Shown here one piece after another: positions 1-11,689 of a stretch of 64,000 bases of DNA. The translations under genes and the position numbers were made by a program. The stretch comes from Vicugna vicugna (lineage: Eukaryota). Position 1 is the first letter of the stretch. The number at the start of each line of letters is the position of its first letter. The stretch spans positions 374,001 through 438,000 of the forward strand of contig MU058252.1 in assembly GCA_013265495.1 (NCBI GenBank), in the 5' to 3' direction. The notes beneath the pieces were generated by a model. That model was not told the DNA's origin, did not search any database, and saw only the letters and a program-made list of their open reading frames with translations.

Positions 1-337
1 CGGGTTCTGAACTCAGGGTGGCAGGATCAGATCTGGTGTCTCAGAAAGCACAGAACTAGAGAGGATAGCTTTTTGTTTGTGCTTCTCGTGTGCCAGGCTC
101 TGCCCTCCGTGCTTGCTCGTAATTCTTGGGGTGGTGTCATACCCATCTTGATGATAAGGAAACTGAGATATGGAGATGTAAAGGGATCTGCCCACAGTGG
201 CACGCCTCCTAAGGACAGAGGCAGGACTTGAACCCAGGAAGTCTGGTCTCAGCCTGTGTTCTGGGCTGGCATGTGCTGCTTCACCATGAAAAAGACAAGA
301 CTTTTAAAAATACAGGAGAAAACTAAAAGAATATTGT

Positions 338-504
338 CTAATAAACTACAAGGTCAGACTATATAGTACAGGGAACAATATTCAATGCCTTATAATAACT
401 TATATTGAAAAAGAATATGAAAAGGAATATATATATACATATATAGGTGAATCACTATGCTGCACACCAGAAACTAACACAAGATTGTAAATCGACTATA
501 CTTC
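338..504 (+). mobile_element. LINE-1 3' end (5'-truncated, artiodactyl-type), interrupted by an LTR; tail resumes at 1105
   Basis: ...tatatagtacagggaac...tgctgcacaccagaaactaacacaagattgtaaatcgactatacttc, then aattaaa after the LTR. Confidence 0.75.
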
Positions 505-1100
505 TATCACAGGGAGGAGTTCTCCGTCAGCTAAAAAAAAATGAATTTTTAGTGAGAGACAGAAAGCGTGATATAAACAGATTTTATTAGTAAAGTAAAA
601 AGGTAGTGAAATGTAATACACCCCCGAGAACTGGGGCCCCGCCAACCCAAGAGAGGAAAGATGGCACCGCGCCTTTGTTTTTCCTGTTCTTATAGCCTGG
701 CTTAGGGGGCGTCTTCATGATTGATTGATTGAATGATTGACAGCTTACGTTCCTTGAGTGCTCAGGCTGACTGACAGCTCTAGTTCCTTGTGCTCTGGCC
801 CGCCCACCCCTTTTGTGGCTGTTTTTACCCATGAGGCACACAGAGAAACCTACAGGAGGGGGCTCAAACTGCAATGTTAATTACATTATAATGAGCATTG
901 GGTCAAGTGAAGCCAGGTCCTTCTGCCTACTGCACAGCCACAGCATTTGATTCTAGCCAGCTTCTTTGCTGCCCTTTATTTAGACAAAGTAAAAAAAATT
1001 TGAAGCCCCTTATCCTGAGCACAGGCATACTGTTATTTTCTGGGTTGTTCCCTCCCCCTTCCTCTCCCCTTGCCCGGTGCTCATTTCTAACTGCCTAACG
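505..1100 (-). mobile_element. Solo ERV LTR (class I-like), ~596 bp, 4-bp TSD CTTC
   Basis: CTTC at 501-504 and 1101-1104; termini are one substitution each from TG...CA; minus-strand TATAAG (~689-694) and AATAAA (583-588) in LTR order. Confidence 0.7.
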
Positions 1101-2189
1101 CTTCAATTAAATTTTTTTTTAAAAAGAAGAACATTGTCTGATCTTGGGATAAGAGGGATCCTTTTAAGCCAGACAGGAAACCCAGAATTTATAGAAAGAC
1201 TGATAGATTTTTTTCCCCTGAGTCTTTTATTTTGAATAATGACCACCTTGAAAGATTCCGAGTTAACATTTACCCCATTTACTTTCCCTCTGTCTCTCAC
1301 ACACACACCTTTTTTTTTTGGTAGCGATGATGGTCAGTAGTTGTAGATATGATGGCTCCCTCCCCCATCCCTGCACCAGGCATTTCACAGGCATTTCGTA
1401 TGAACAGGCATGTTCCTGCTATGTAACGTAATACCAGTGTCACACCTGAGAAAATGCGCGAGAATTCTCAAACATTATTGAATAGTTAGTCTATAACAAA
1501 GTTTCCTCAGTTCCCCCCACCCCTGTGTCTTATATAACCTTTTTGTTTTTTCTAAATCAGCATGGGATCAGGATGCACAGGATCCATCGCGATGAGGATC
1601 CATTGCGATGCTTTTCCCCATCACACAGACTCTTGCAGAGTCTGGGAGAAATTTCTTGTAGAAGGTCATGCTCTGATTCGGTGCTGCGGCTGCTTGGCAT
1701 TATTTAACTTGTTCCTCTATCCCCCTGACTGCCCGTGACCTGAAGTGAAGTCCAAGGGCTTGATGAGACCCAAGTTAAACCCTTTTGACAGGAATACCTC
1801 CTACTGTGTTGCATCAGGCCCTGCTGTTAGTGGTGTTAAGGAGATCACGATCATCTCCTAAATCCTGAAGGTCCATTTCCTCCATCTTTGTGATTCATAA
1901 GTAATCTTTGGGGTGAGACTTCCACACCTTGGAAATAAACTGCTCCTAGCAACTTTCGCTCAGTGGTTTTCAGTACATCAGTGATCTTGCCTGAATCTCT
2001 TCTGTTGGGGTTGCCAGGTGATGATTTTGTCATCAGGACATCCCTTCTGCAAGTCTCAGCTGGTATTCTGTCAAGAAGAGCCCCCTCACTCTTTTTTTAG
2101 TGTCACTCTTAGCTCACGGATTTTTGTTGTTATTATTGTTCAGATGTTACAATCAATTACAAAATTAACAGATTTAATTACATTTTTGG

Positions 2190-2950
2190 AGAATAGAGTT
2201 GGAGAATTTGCTTGCCATGTACATATGCCAGATAAATGGTTAAGAAGCCTGTTATCCAAAGAGTTCCTCTAAATTGTTAAGAAAAACTTTTTAAAACCGC
2301 AAAGACACTGTATAGCACAGGGAAGTATACACAAAATGTTATGATAACTCACAGAGAAAAAAATTTGACAATGAGTGTGTATATGTCCATGAATGACTGA
2401 AAAATTGTGCTGAACACTGGAATTTGACACAACATTGTAAAATGATTATAAATCAATAAAAAATGTTAAAAAAAAAACCCAAAGACAGGTGGGCAAAGGA
2501 TAGGACCAGACAGACATTCAGAGAAGAGGAAATGCAACTTGTCGATGACCGTGAAAAGATGCTTCTCCTCCCAAGTAATCAGGGAAATGCGAGAAGAGCA
2601 AGGTACTGGGTTCCCTCCATTCTGTAGCAGGAAGTGAAATGATAACAGTGTGTGATGCTGGTGAGTGGCGGCATGGGCGTTCTCATACATTGCTGGTGAG
2701 GGGATGGAGGGAAGAACTGCCGCCTCCTATTTGGAAAAGTAGTCAGGCATTATCCATAGACATTTTTCTTTGAACTCAGCTGCCCTACTTTGGGGCATAT
2801 ATCCTATGGAGAGAAAACACATAGGTACACAGGTGTTGATTACAGCTTTGATGGTAGAGGTTTAAAAAAAAAAGGCAACCCGAGTGCCCCTCTGTAGGGG
2901 AATGGCTGGGTGATGGATGGAACATATGTCTGCGAAATACTGTGAAGCTG
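2190..2950 (+). mobile_element. Old degenerate L1 (L1M-type ORF2 end/3' region)
   Basis: Diverged L1 motifs (tgggcaaagga...gaaaagatgct...gtaatcagggaaatgc; tcatacattgctggtg; aggcaacccgagtgccc); boundaries approximate. Confidence 0.5.
2307..2473 (+). mobile_element. Young 5'-truncated L1 3' end with poly(A) tail and TSD
   Basis: actgtatagcacaggg...aataaaaaatgttaaaaaaaaaa; flanks aaaaccgcaaagac (2293-2306) / aaaacccaaagac (2474-2486); TT/AAAA target site. Confidence 0.8.
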
Positions 2951-3171
2951 TAAGCGTAAGCAAGGCCTGGACCCCTGGACCGGGGATGGCTGCCAGGGAA
3001 TTCCACAAGCAGCTGTTCTTGCTGCCCAGGCTGGGTGCTGCGGTGAAATGTTAGAGGCTGAGTCCTCTTGAGGTGGTGGGGGGAGTGGACACTCATTCTG
3101 GAAGCTTCCACGTGAAGGAGGAACAGAAGACCAAGAGCAGCCTCCTGAGCGTGTTGTAAATGTGCATTTAT

Positions 3172-3490
3172 TTATTTATATTATTAAAAAAAATTTTTTA
3201 TTGAGGTATAGTCAGTTTAATGTTGTGTCAATTTCTGGTGTACAGCACAATTCTTTCAGTCATACATGAATATAATATATTTTCATATTTTCACAAGCTA
3301 CTACAAGATATTGAATATATTTCCCTGTGCTATACAGTATAAACTTGTTTATTTATTTTATATATACCAGTCAGTACCTGTAAATCTCAAACTCCGCGTT
3401 TATCCCTTCCCACCCCGCTCCCCCCGGCAACCACAAGTCTATATTCTATGTCTGTGAGTCTGTTTCTGTTTTACATACAAGTTCATTTGT
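3172..3490 (-). mobile_element. L1 3' end, antisense, with 15-bp TSD
   Basis: ttttttattgaggtatagtcag...ccctgtgctatacag...; TSD taaatgtgcatttat (3157-3171) / taaatgtgcttttat (3491-3505). Confidence 0.82.
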
Positions 3491-6149
3491 TAAATGTGCT
3501 TTTATGCCCCAAAAGAAAAGTATACAAAGACGGGCAAAGGGTGCATTTATCATACTAGTCACAGCTCACTTTCTTCTTTTGTGTCCCACCCAGAGCTGGA
3601 GTGAAAAAGCTGTCGTGAGCCCCCGTCAGGCTGTGTGGTGACCCAGAGAGGCTGCAGGTGTTCAGTCTTGAGTGGGGGGTGCCTTTAGGGGGCAAGGGTT
3701 TAGCCAGGAGGGCACAAAGCCACCCGTTTTTCTGGCAATCCAATTCTTTCCTCACTCAGCCCTCATCCCCAGGTAGAACATCTTCTGTTTCTTCTGTTTC
3801 AGTTTCTGTTTACAAAACTAGTGTACCCTCTACAAACATTATAGGAAACAGGGTGAACTATGCATTTTGCAGAAAAATAGAAAGAGGCAGAAAAAAAATC
3901 ACCGAGAGTCCTAACCATCTCAGCCACTGTCCTCATTTTGATACGTTCCCTTTTCCCTGCATTTTTACTTAGGTCCATGTTATGTACAATTTTGTGTCTT
4001 TTGAAAAAAAAAGAGATCATTAAATGTTGCTGCCATGCTAAGTAAACAAGTCTCTGCAGATGTTATTTTAAATGGCTGCGTGATGTCCCGCCATCTGGAG
4101 ACACACCCGGTCACTTACTCCCTTGTTTCTGTGTTCGTGGACACTCTGGTTGCTTTCAGTTTTGGGGAAGTGCTGGACTTCCTTGGGCGTAAATCGTTGT
4201 GTCCACATCAGATGGTCTCTGTAGGAGTGCCTGTGGCTTTAGTACAAAGAAAGGGCTCTCTCCCCCGTGGCGCACATGGCTGAGCTGCTTGGGGCGGGGG
4301 TGGCACACACATCCTTGCTAGCACGGGTCATCATGGACACAGAAGTCACGTTAGGGCTCTGGTAGGTGAGAAGTGGAACTTCATTTTTAATTTCTATTTC
4401 TTTGTGTCCCAAATGAGAGTGATTTCTGAGTGAACTGGCCATTTGTACTTTCTTTACTTGTATTAATATTTTATTTTTTTAAGTGACGTCTGTGTGCTTT
4501 GTATGTATTAGGGATATTAACCCATTAGCATGGCCAGATTTTTTTCCAGGTGTTGATTTAACTTTAGTTGTATTTCTCTTAGGCTTTTTATATTTTTTTT
4601 AATCGTTCAGAACTTTATTTTTATGTAGTGAATCTATTGATCTCTCTCAGTCCTTTAAATCCAAGGAGACTTGTTGAAAATTATGTCCTGCCTCCTCCTT
4701 TCCCATAGCCCAGCACAGCTCCACACAGACTCCGTGGCTGGTGGGTGCCCCTGGCTGCCCTGGCCCCGAGCCCCTCTGTGTGGTTGGGGCAGGGGCTGGT
4801 GCCTGAGGTCCCAGGCCTTAGGGAGGAGATGTATGGAGTGAGGCAGGTGCTCAGAGGAGCACAGGTAAAGTGCTGGGAGGGGAAGGTGAGGAGACCTGCC
4901 AGTGTGGGGTCTCCCAGCGTGGATGGGCGTGGATGGGCATTTGCAAAGATGGTTTGTAGGGACCCCCTCTGCCTCTGCCCTGTGTGTTGTCCCAGCTGCA
5001 TATTTGCTGCTGACAGACCAGGGACCTTTGCTGTCTGGGGAGGGTCCTGCCAGGGGCCTCTGGTAGCCCTGCAGCTCTGCACCTAGCTTTGAGCTCCACA
5101 CTCTTCTCTTCTTGCTGCCCTGTGGGGAGGCCACGGTTCACCTGGCCCAGCAGCCTCTAGAGCTCCCTCTGAGGTGTCTTACCATGGGTCCCCACGCAAT
5201 CACCAGGGTTCCCTGATGTGATGATGTGGCTCTGGGGCCCAAGCCTGGGCGCTGACGAGCTGGTGGGGCAGTGAGTCATCAGGCTGAAGATTGATGCGAG
5301 TAAAATTAAGAGGAAAGCCTGTAACCCAACTGCCAGACACTCTGAGGCTCTAATTGTCACTCCCAGTTACTCTGTGATGCTGGAAGACTGATGGGACTGA
5401 GAACGCTTGGTTGGTGTTTAACAGAAAACCATGAACCTGCTGTCTAGTTGGGGGAGGGTAGCCCTATGCCCCAGGGAGCTCAGCTGGCTGTCCCTGCCCC
5501 AGGACCTGCGTGTGGCCCGGGCAGCGCTTGGGCACTTACCTCCGGGGCGTGGGCAGAGGCTGGCCGTGGAGTCCCTGCAGGGCAGGTGGGGAGGGCATGT
5601 CTTGCAGTAGGAAATTTGTCATGTGTTGTGGGCAATCTGAAGGGCCCGGGAAGATGGTGTTCACCCAGGGGAGGGAAGGGCCTTCACTTCAGGAGGGTGG
5701 TCTGACCTGCAGGCTTGGCCCCTCTCTGCTCTGTCCACAGGATGTGAATGGGAGGTGTGCCCAGGGCCTGCCAGCTCTTGAGAGCTCCACTTTTGCCTGT
5801 GGAGGTTGCTTCTCCTTTCTAAATACCATCTGTGCTGGGAAGGGTAGTTCTTGAACCTGTACCAGCCCCTCACACTGATCTAGGGCTGGGAGAGTGGGAG
5901 TCGGGGTCAGGACTTTGGAAGATGGGTGAGGAGGAGCCTTGTGGGTCTTTTGGAAAGGAAGTTCCTCTGCTGGGTGGGGGGCAAGACTGGGCCACCCTGC
6001 TGTGGGCACCAGGGCAGGAGGAAAGGAAGATAGAGGTGGGGGCTGCCTGCAAGATGAACTCCTGTGTCAGCAGGAATCTCACCAGGTTGGGGGGCCCCAG
6101 GGCTGGGGGCCAGACAGATGGCCTGGGTTTAGTGCCAGCTGCAGCCACC

Positions 6150-6290
6150 TGCCAGCTGTGACCTTGGGCAAGTTACTTGGCCCTGCACCTCAGATTCCTC
6201 ATCTGTAAAATGGGGAGATTGACAGTACCTTTCTCAGAGGGGTGTTGAGGGTTAAATGGGTCAGTATGTGTGAGGTGCTCAGTGGAGCCC
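6150..6290 (+). mobile_element. MIR SINE
   Basis: gctgtgaccttgggcaagttactt...cctcagattcctcatctgtaaaatgggg core. Confidence 0.8.
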
Positions 6291-7514
6291 ATCATTTTCA
6301 ATATGTGGTCGTTATTGGGTGACCAGTGGCGTTCCCTGTGGCCCGTCTTGGGTGTTCAGGGCACCAAAGTGGCTCTGTTGTTCAAGGGGCTGGCCGGAGG
6401 CTGTCTCTGAGCTGTAGGGGCAGGTGTCCGTGTCCTTCATGTGCCTGGTTAGATATTAGCATCTATAGCAGACACAAGATGAGCTGGGGATGATGAGAGG
6501 AAGCCAGAAGGTCCGGGAGGGCTTGGGGTGGCAGCCGGCATGAGCTGCGTGTTGACTGATGACTCCTGCTGGGCTGGGCTGGTGGAGGCAGGTGGCTTCC
6601 ACATCCAGGCCGTACTGGTGTCAACCTGGGCCTGGCCCAATGGGAGGCCTATGGCTTCCTTTGATGGGGAGCCTATCTTGAGGCCTCCTGAGGTCTGGGC
6701 ATGTGTGTTGGATGCTGGGGGCAACGGACAGCTTTGGCCTTGGCTGGGGGTGGGGGGCAGAGCCCTGTCTCAGCATAGACCCCAGTCCCTGGCGGCTCCC
6801 GCCATGCTTTCAGTATCTGTAATGGCAATTCAGATGCTTTTAAATTTTTATCCATTAGAGTTTCAAACTACCTGAGTCACTTTTTGAATAGTGTTCATTG
6901 ACCCTCAGTGGCCCTTTCCTCGAGGTCCTGAACTTACTGTACTGGAGTCCCGCATGGGGCGCCGCTGGCAGCAGCCGCTCGGTGTCTGTAGCTCCTCCAC
7001 CTTGGAGCAAACATGGTGCAGTTATTTGAATACTGTGTTGCATCTTCCCTTTATTAAGATAGTTCACATTTGTGAAAATAAGATGAAAGCAAACCCTCAT
7101 TAGAGTGTTGATACTGCTGATAAGGAAAGAAGAGCCACCAGCTGAATGCATTTTAGGAGCCCATGGGATTGGAGGAAGCGGATTTTTAGCTCATGGAACT
7201 TTAGAGTTTGTGGACAGGAAGAAAAGCGAAGAAACTACTACCGAGTAGCTAGTTTGGTGCTAAAAGGGCCATTTCCAGGCTGGGATGACTCTGAGCCCCA
7301 CAGAGGGTGGTCTTTGATCCTCTCAGTTTTTCCATGGAGGGGAGGGGAACGCAGCCACGGTGGGAAGCATCTGTCACCTGAACTTGGGAGGTGGGAGCAG
7401 AATTCCCAGCTCTTCTGAGCAGCCCTGGAGGGTCCTGGAGGGGGCGGCGCACTTCTGTGTGGTCACCCCGCTGGGCCCCAGAAGCCCACGCCATGAGTCT
7501 GTAGCTTTCGTATG

Positions 7515-7810
7515 TTTTTCAGGTCCCTCTGAAGGCGCTGGGGAGGATCTGTTCTCAGTGTCTCTCCTCAGTTTGTAGATGGCCGTCCTTTCCGTGTGTC
7601 TCCCTCTGTGCGTGACTGTCTCTGTCCAAACTTCCCTCTTTTATAAGGACAGCAGTCATATGGGAATGGGGGCCCACCCTATCCAGGGTGACTTCATCTT
7701 AGCTAATTACATTTGCAACCACTCCATTTCCAAATAAGGTCACATTCTAAGGTACTGGGGGTTAGGACTTCAAAATAGGAATCTGGGGGAACCCAGTTTA
7801 GCCCATAACA
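7515..7810 (-). mobile_element. MaLR LTR (MLT1-like) fragment
   Basis: tcttttataaggacagcagtcat...attacatttgcaa...atttccaaataaggtcacattct...ggggttaggacttcaa...gcccataaca. Confidence 0.75.
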
Positions 7811-8034
7811 GCTTTCATCAGATTTTCAGAGAAAGGAGTGATCCAAAAGGGCCTCCGGGATCTCTGACGGCTGCCGCTTCGGCCTCTTGGAGAAGAGATG
7901 GAGGACTGTAATCCACAGGGCTGAGCTGACTTGGAACCACCGAGGTGTCCAGCTAGACTTCCGATTTGAAGAAAACTGGTGCTGGGCTAAGTCATCCCTG
8001 TGTCCAGTGTGGCTCTCTCCTGCCCTGTAGTAAC

Positions 8035-8230
8035 GGCTCCTTTTATTAATCACCTGCTGTGTACCAGGCACCATGTTAGACCCTCCACAATCACATCTCT
8101 GGTCTTCATAGCAACCAACAGAAAAGGTGGGATTATCCCTAGTTCAGACTAAAACCTGAGACCCGGTGAGGTTAAGGCGACTTGACTGGCACACAGATGC
8201 CAGAGGCTGAATTTGAACCCAGTTCTCCAG
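8035..8230 (-). mobile_element. MIR SINE
   Basis: cacctgctgtgtaccaggcacc...gaggttaaggcgacttg...gaatttgaacccag. Confidence 0.65.
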
Positions 8231-10044
8231 AGCATGTGTCTTGGCAGTGCACAACACCCCCCCCATGCCTCTTGACTGGGGGTCTGATTTTGGCTGTGAT
8301 TTATCTTGACAGACTGTCCCAGCCGGGGACTATCTCTCATAAGCCTGCCTCCCTCCCCACAAGGGGAGCAAAAGCTGGAGCGTGCAGCTCATGCTCAGCA
8401 AAGATGTTCGTTCATTCACAGAATTATCACACACCTCCTGGGTGCCTGGCTGAGTTCTAGCAGGGGAGCATTAAACATACCAGGAGAATATTCGAGAGGG
8501 ATGCGTGTTAGATGAATATTGTGACAGCTGTGCCTAGAGTGGTCTGGGTTGATGACTCTGGAAACCCATAAAGAGGCCTGTCCCAGCGTATCGGTGTGAG
8601 CGGTGGGTTGCTGGGGAGGCAGCCCGGTGTCTCCAAGGACTCCCTGATCCCCAACCTGGAGGGCTCTGCAGAGAGGACCGAGCTTGCTAGAGACCAGCTG
8701 GCCTTGGGCACCTCGGGGTGTGGCACTCACCACCTCCCTCCACGCACTGGTCGAGGGCCTTGGCTAACCCGCGTGGCCACCTGCCTTGGGCCACTGCTGA
8801 GGTCCCCACTGCCTTCCTCGCCAAACAGCTGGCGGCCCCTTGGCTGCATGAAGATGTTTTGCTGCCACCTTGTGGGCAAGAAGATCCCGACCAGTGTGGG
8901 AGGGCCATGTGGCTCTGGGACCACTCCAGCCACTGGAAGAAGCTGCAAACTCTGACTTTGAGCAGAAAGCTAGCCCTTCCTGGTCTCTGAGAAGGACATC
9001 CACAGGCTCTCTGTGGCTGCGTGGCCTCAGCTGGGCACGCCTCCACACTTATCAGTGGGCCACCCAGCAAATATTTGAGCAGAGACTAGGTACGAGGTTC
9101 TGTGGGATTCCTGGGACGGAGGCCGCCCTTCCACTTCTTCCCACCAGTGCGCTATTTCTGTGCAGCGCCTCACAGGTCACCCCCTCACAGGGGTCTTTCT
9201 CTTTTTCTCCAGCCACACCGAGTCTAGCACTGCATCCCCGCCACCCCTTGGCCACGGTTGCACACACAGGGCCTTCTTCTCTCAGGTCTGAGTAGCTGGT
9301 CCAGCTCACCTGGCTGTGGGTCCGTCTAAAGTCGGCTCTTCTGATCTGCCCGCGCTCAGAGCAGAAGGGGCTGCTCAGTACTCAGCCCCTGTGCACCCAG
9401 CCTCGAGGAAAGCGTGAACACCCTCACCCAGAATGCACACTGGGCATCCTGAGAGGTTGCAACTTTAATTCCTCTAGGAACTTCCATGGAGTCTCAGCCC
9501 TACACAACTGATTCAGCCTGCTGTTTCTGATGACATTAAGAAACAGAGAACTGACACAAGGGCTAGTTTTATGGAATTTCTGTACAGTTTATGTGATCCC
9601 AGCCTGAAGCTTTGAAGGACTGTCTTCATTTCCTTTGGGCTGTGAGGAGTGAGCTGTTTGCCACATCTCTGTGGGGTAAATCTTGTCAGACAGAACACAG
9701 AGACCTTGTCCCTGACCGGGGGCTGATGCCAACAAGGAAGAGTGGTTTCTGCCTGCACTGATCTCCTCTCTGGGGTCTTTGACTGGCTTGATGTCCTGGG
9801 ACATCCATGTGTAGGCAGATGCCCTTTTGTGTCTCATTTCCGCAAGTCAGGAAAGGCTTCCAAGAAGAAGGAGGCGGTCAGATGAGGAGGAGGAAGCCAT
9901 TCCAGGTTTGGGGATTGACCTGGGCTGAGCATTTTGCCTGGACTGATTCTGCAGGTGCAGTGGGAGCCAGGAGCTGGTGTGTCCTCTGAGAATGAAGGTG
10001 TTCTTTCACCTCCTGCACTAGGCACTGCTGCCTGCCTTCCTGGA

Positions 10045-10054
10045 GCGCGCGCGC

Positions 10055-10086
<32 letters not shown>

Positions 10087-10088
10087 GT
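10045..10088. repeat. (GC)5(GT)n microsatellite
   Basis: Direct reading. Confidence 0.9.
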
Positions 10089-11689
10089 AAGTGGGGACCT
10101 TTTCCTCTCCTGTCCCATCCTGTTCCTCTCCCCCTGAGGTAGCCAGTTGGGTTCTAAAGCAGCCCATTCTCTGTTGGGCACCTTGTCCCTTGTCCCTCCT
10201 CTGTCCCCACACATCTCTGATAGCTGCTGTCCTGTGGTTGCATTTTCATTAGCTGGGAGGGAAGGTTTGGAATGAGCAGCTTGACTCTTCAGGGGAGGGG
10301 GTGTGAGGGAGGGCAGACATACAGATATGAAGATAGGGAAGTTGAGTGTGGGAGACTTAAACTTGAGAATGTGAGTCAGGAGTCCTGGGTTGCATTCTTG
10401 TCTCCACGCCTGAAGGACCCTGGGAAAGGCTTTTCTGCAGAACCATCTATTATATGGGAAATACACATCCCGGAGAGGAGGAAGCCATCCTCATCACTGT
10501 TAATAACTAGTCCCAAGAAAATTCAAAGTCACCCCCGGGGCCTCTCCGGGCCCAGGAGATCCAGCCCGGGACTTGGGAGTTTCCAGCCCTGCGTTCCGTG
10601 GGAACACCTAGGATGGAGAGGCCCTGCCTTCCTCAGGCATTCCCCCACCCCAGTCCCCTCAGGAATGTGCCGCTTTTATCTTGTACTTTGCTTCTGACCA
10701 GGACCGTGGAATTCTACAGCTGAGAGGGACAGGGACACTGGAGTTGGGTTGGACTGCGGGTGGAAACCTGGGAGTGTTAGTCTTTAGAGGAAATGCAAGC
10801 CCCCTCTTCCTCACCACTACCTAAACTGGTTTCTCCTGATCTGCGTGTAGTCCTTGTGGATTATGGTAAATTGGCTGGGCTCCAGGGCCTCGGGAGAGGA
10901 CTGATGTTTAAAATGCAGTGGAGAGCACAGCACAGCAAACACCCACCCCCCGTCCCCGTCCTGGGGTGAGCCCTGCAGCCCACACTCGTGAAATTCAAAG
11001 GCCTTGGAATGATCATCAGGCCAACCAATACAGCAGTCTGAAGCTTCACCTCTGTTTGGCCAGCCGACCTCTGGACGCCTCTGGACAGGAGGTGAGAACC
11101 AGTGTGCTGGAGGAGACTGGAGACTTCAGGGACTCAGAAGTGAGTCACTCGACCAGAACTGTACGGTTCAGGTCCAGAAGCTATCTTTTGATTTTCTGCT
11201 GCCCTGGGGCAGGACAACACTTAACCTAGTCCGGATGATTTTATAATCTCCAGAGAAGAAGACAGCCTTGGTCATTAACAGAAGAGTTGAGTGAAACATC
11301 CAGCGCTTCGGATTTGCAAGTTTATCGACCCCAGAATGTCTGAGCCAAAAGCTAAGACAGGATCGCCTCATTCAGGCTTCCTGTTTTACAGATAAGGAGA
11401 CTGAGGCCCAGAATCAGCACATGACTTGCCTCCTGACTCATGGTTTAGGCTTTTTTTTTTTCCCACTGATTTCGACCCTGGTGGATCCCCTTCTGGTTCT
11501 TCCCTGGAGAAAGAGCTATGGCCCGCTTCTCCAAATGGAGCCCAGTGTGTGGTGTGTTGAGAACTGTTATTTATTTCGCCTGCTCTTAATGACAGCTCTT
11601 CACCTACCTGCCCCAACCGAGGAGGAGCCCTGGGCTGGAATTTCCTGTTTTCTGAGGGCTCGGGGGCTGCCCCAGCAGGCTGGCTCCCC

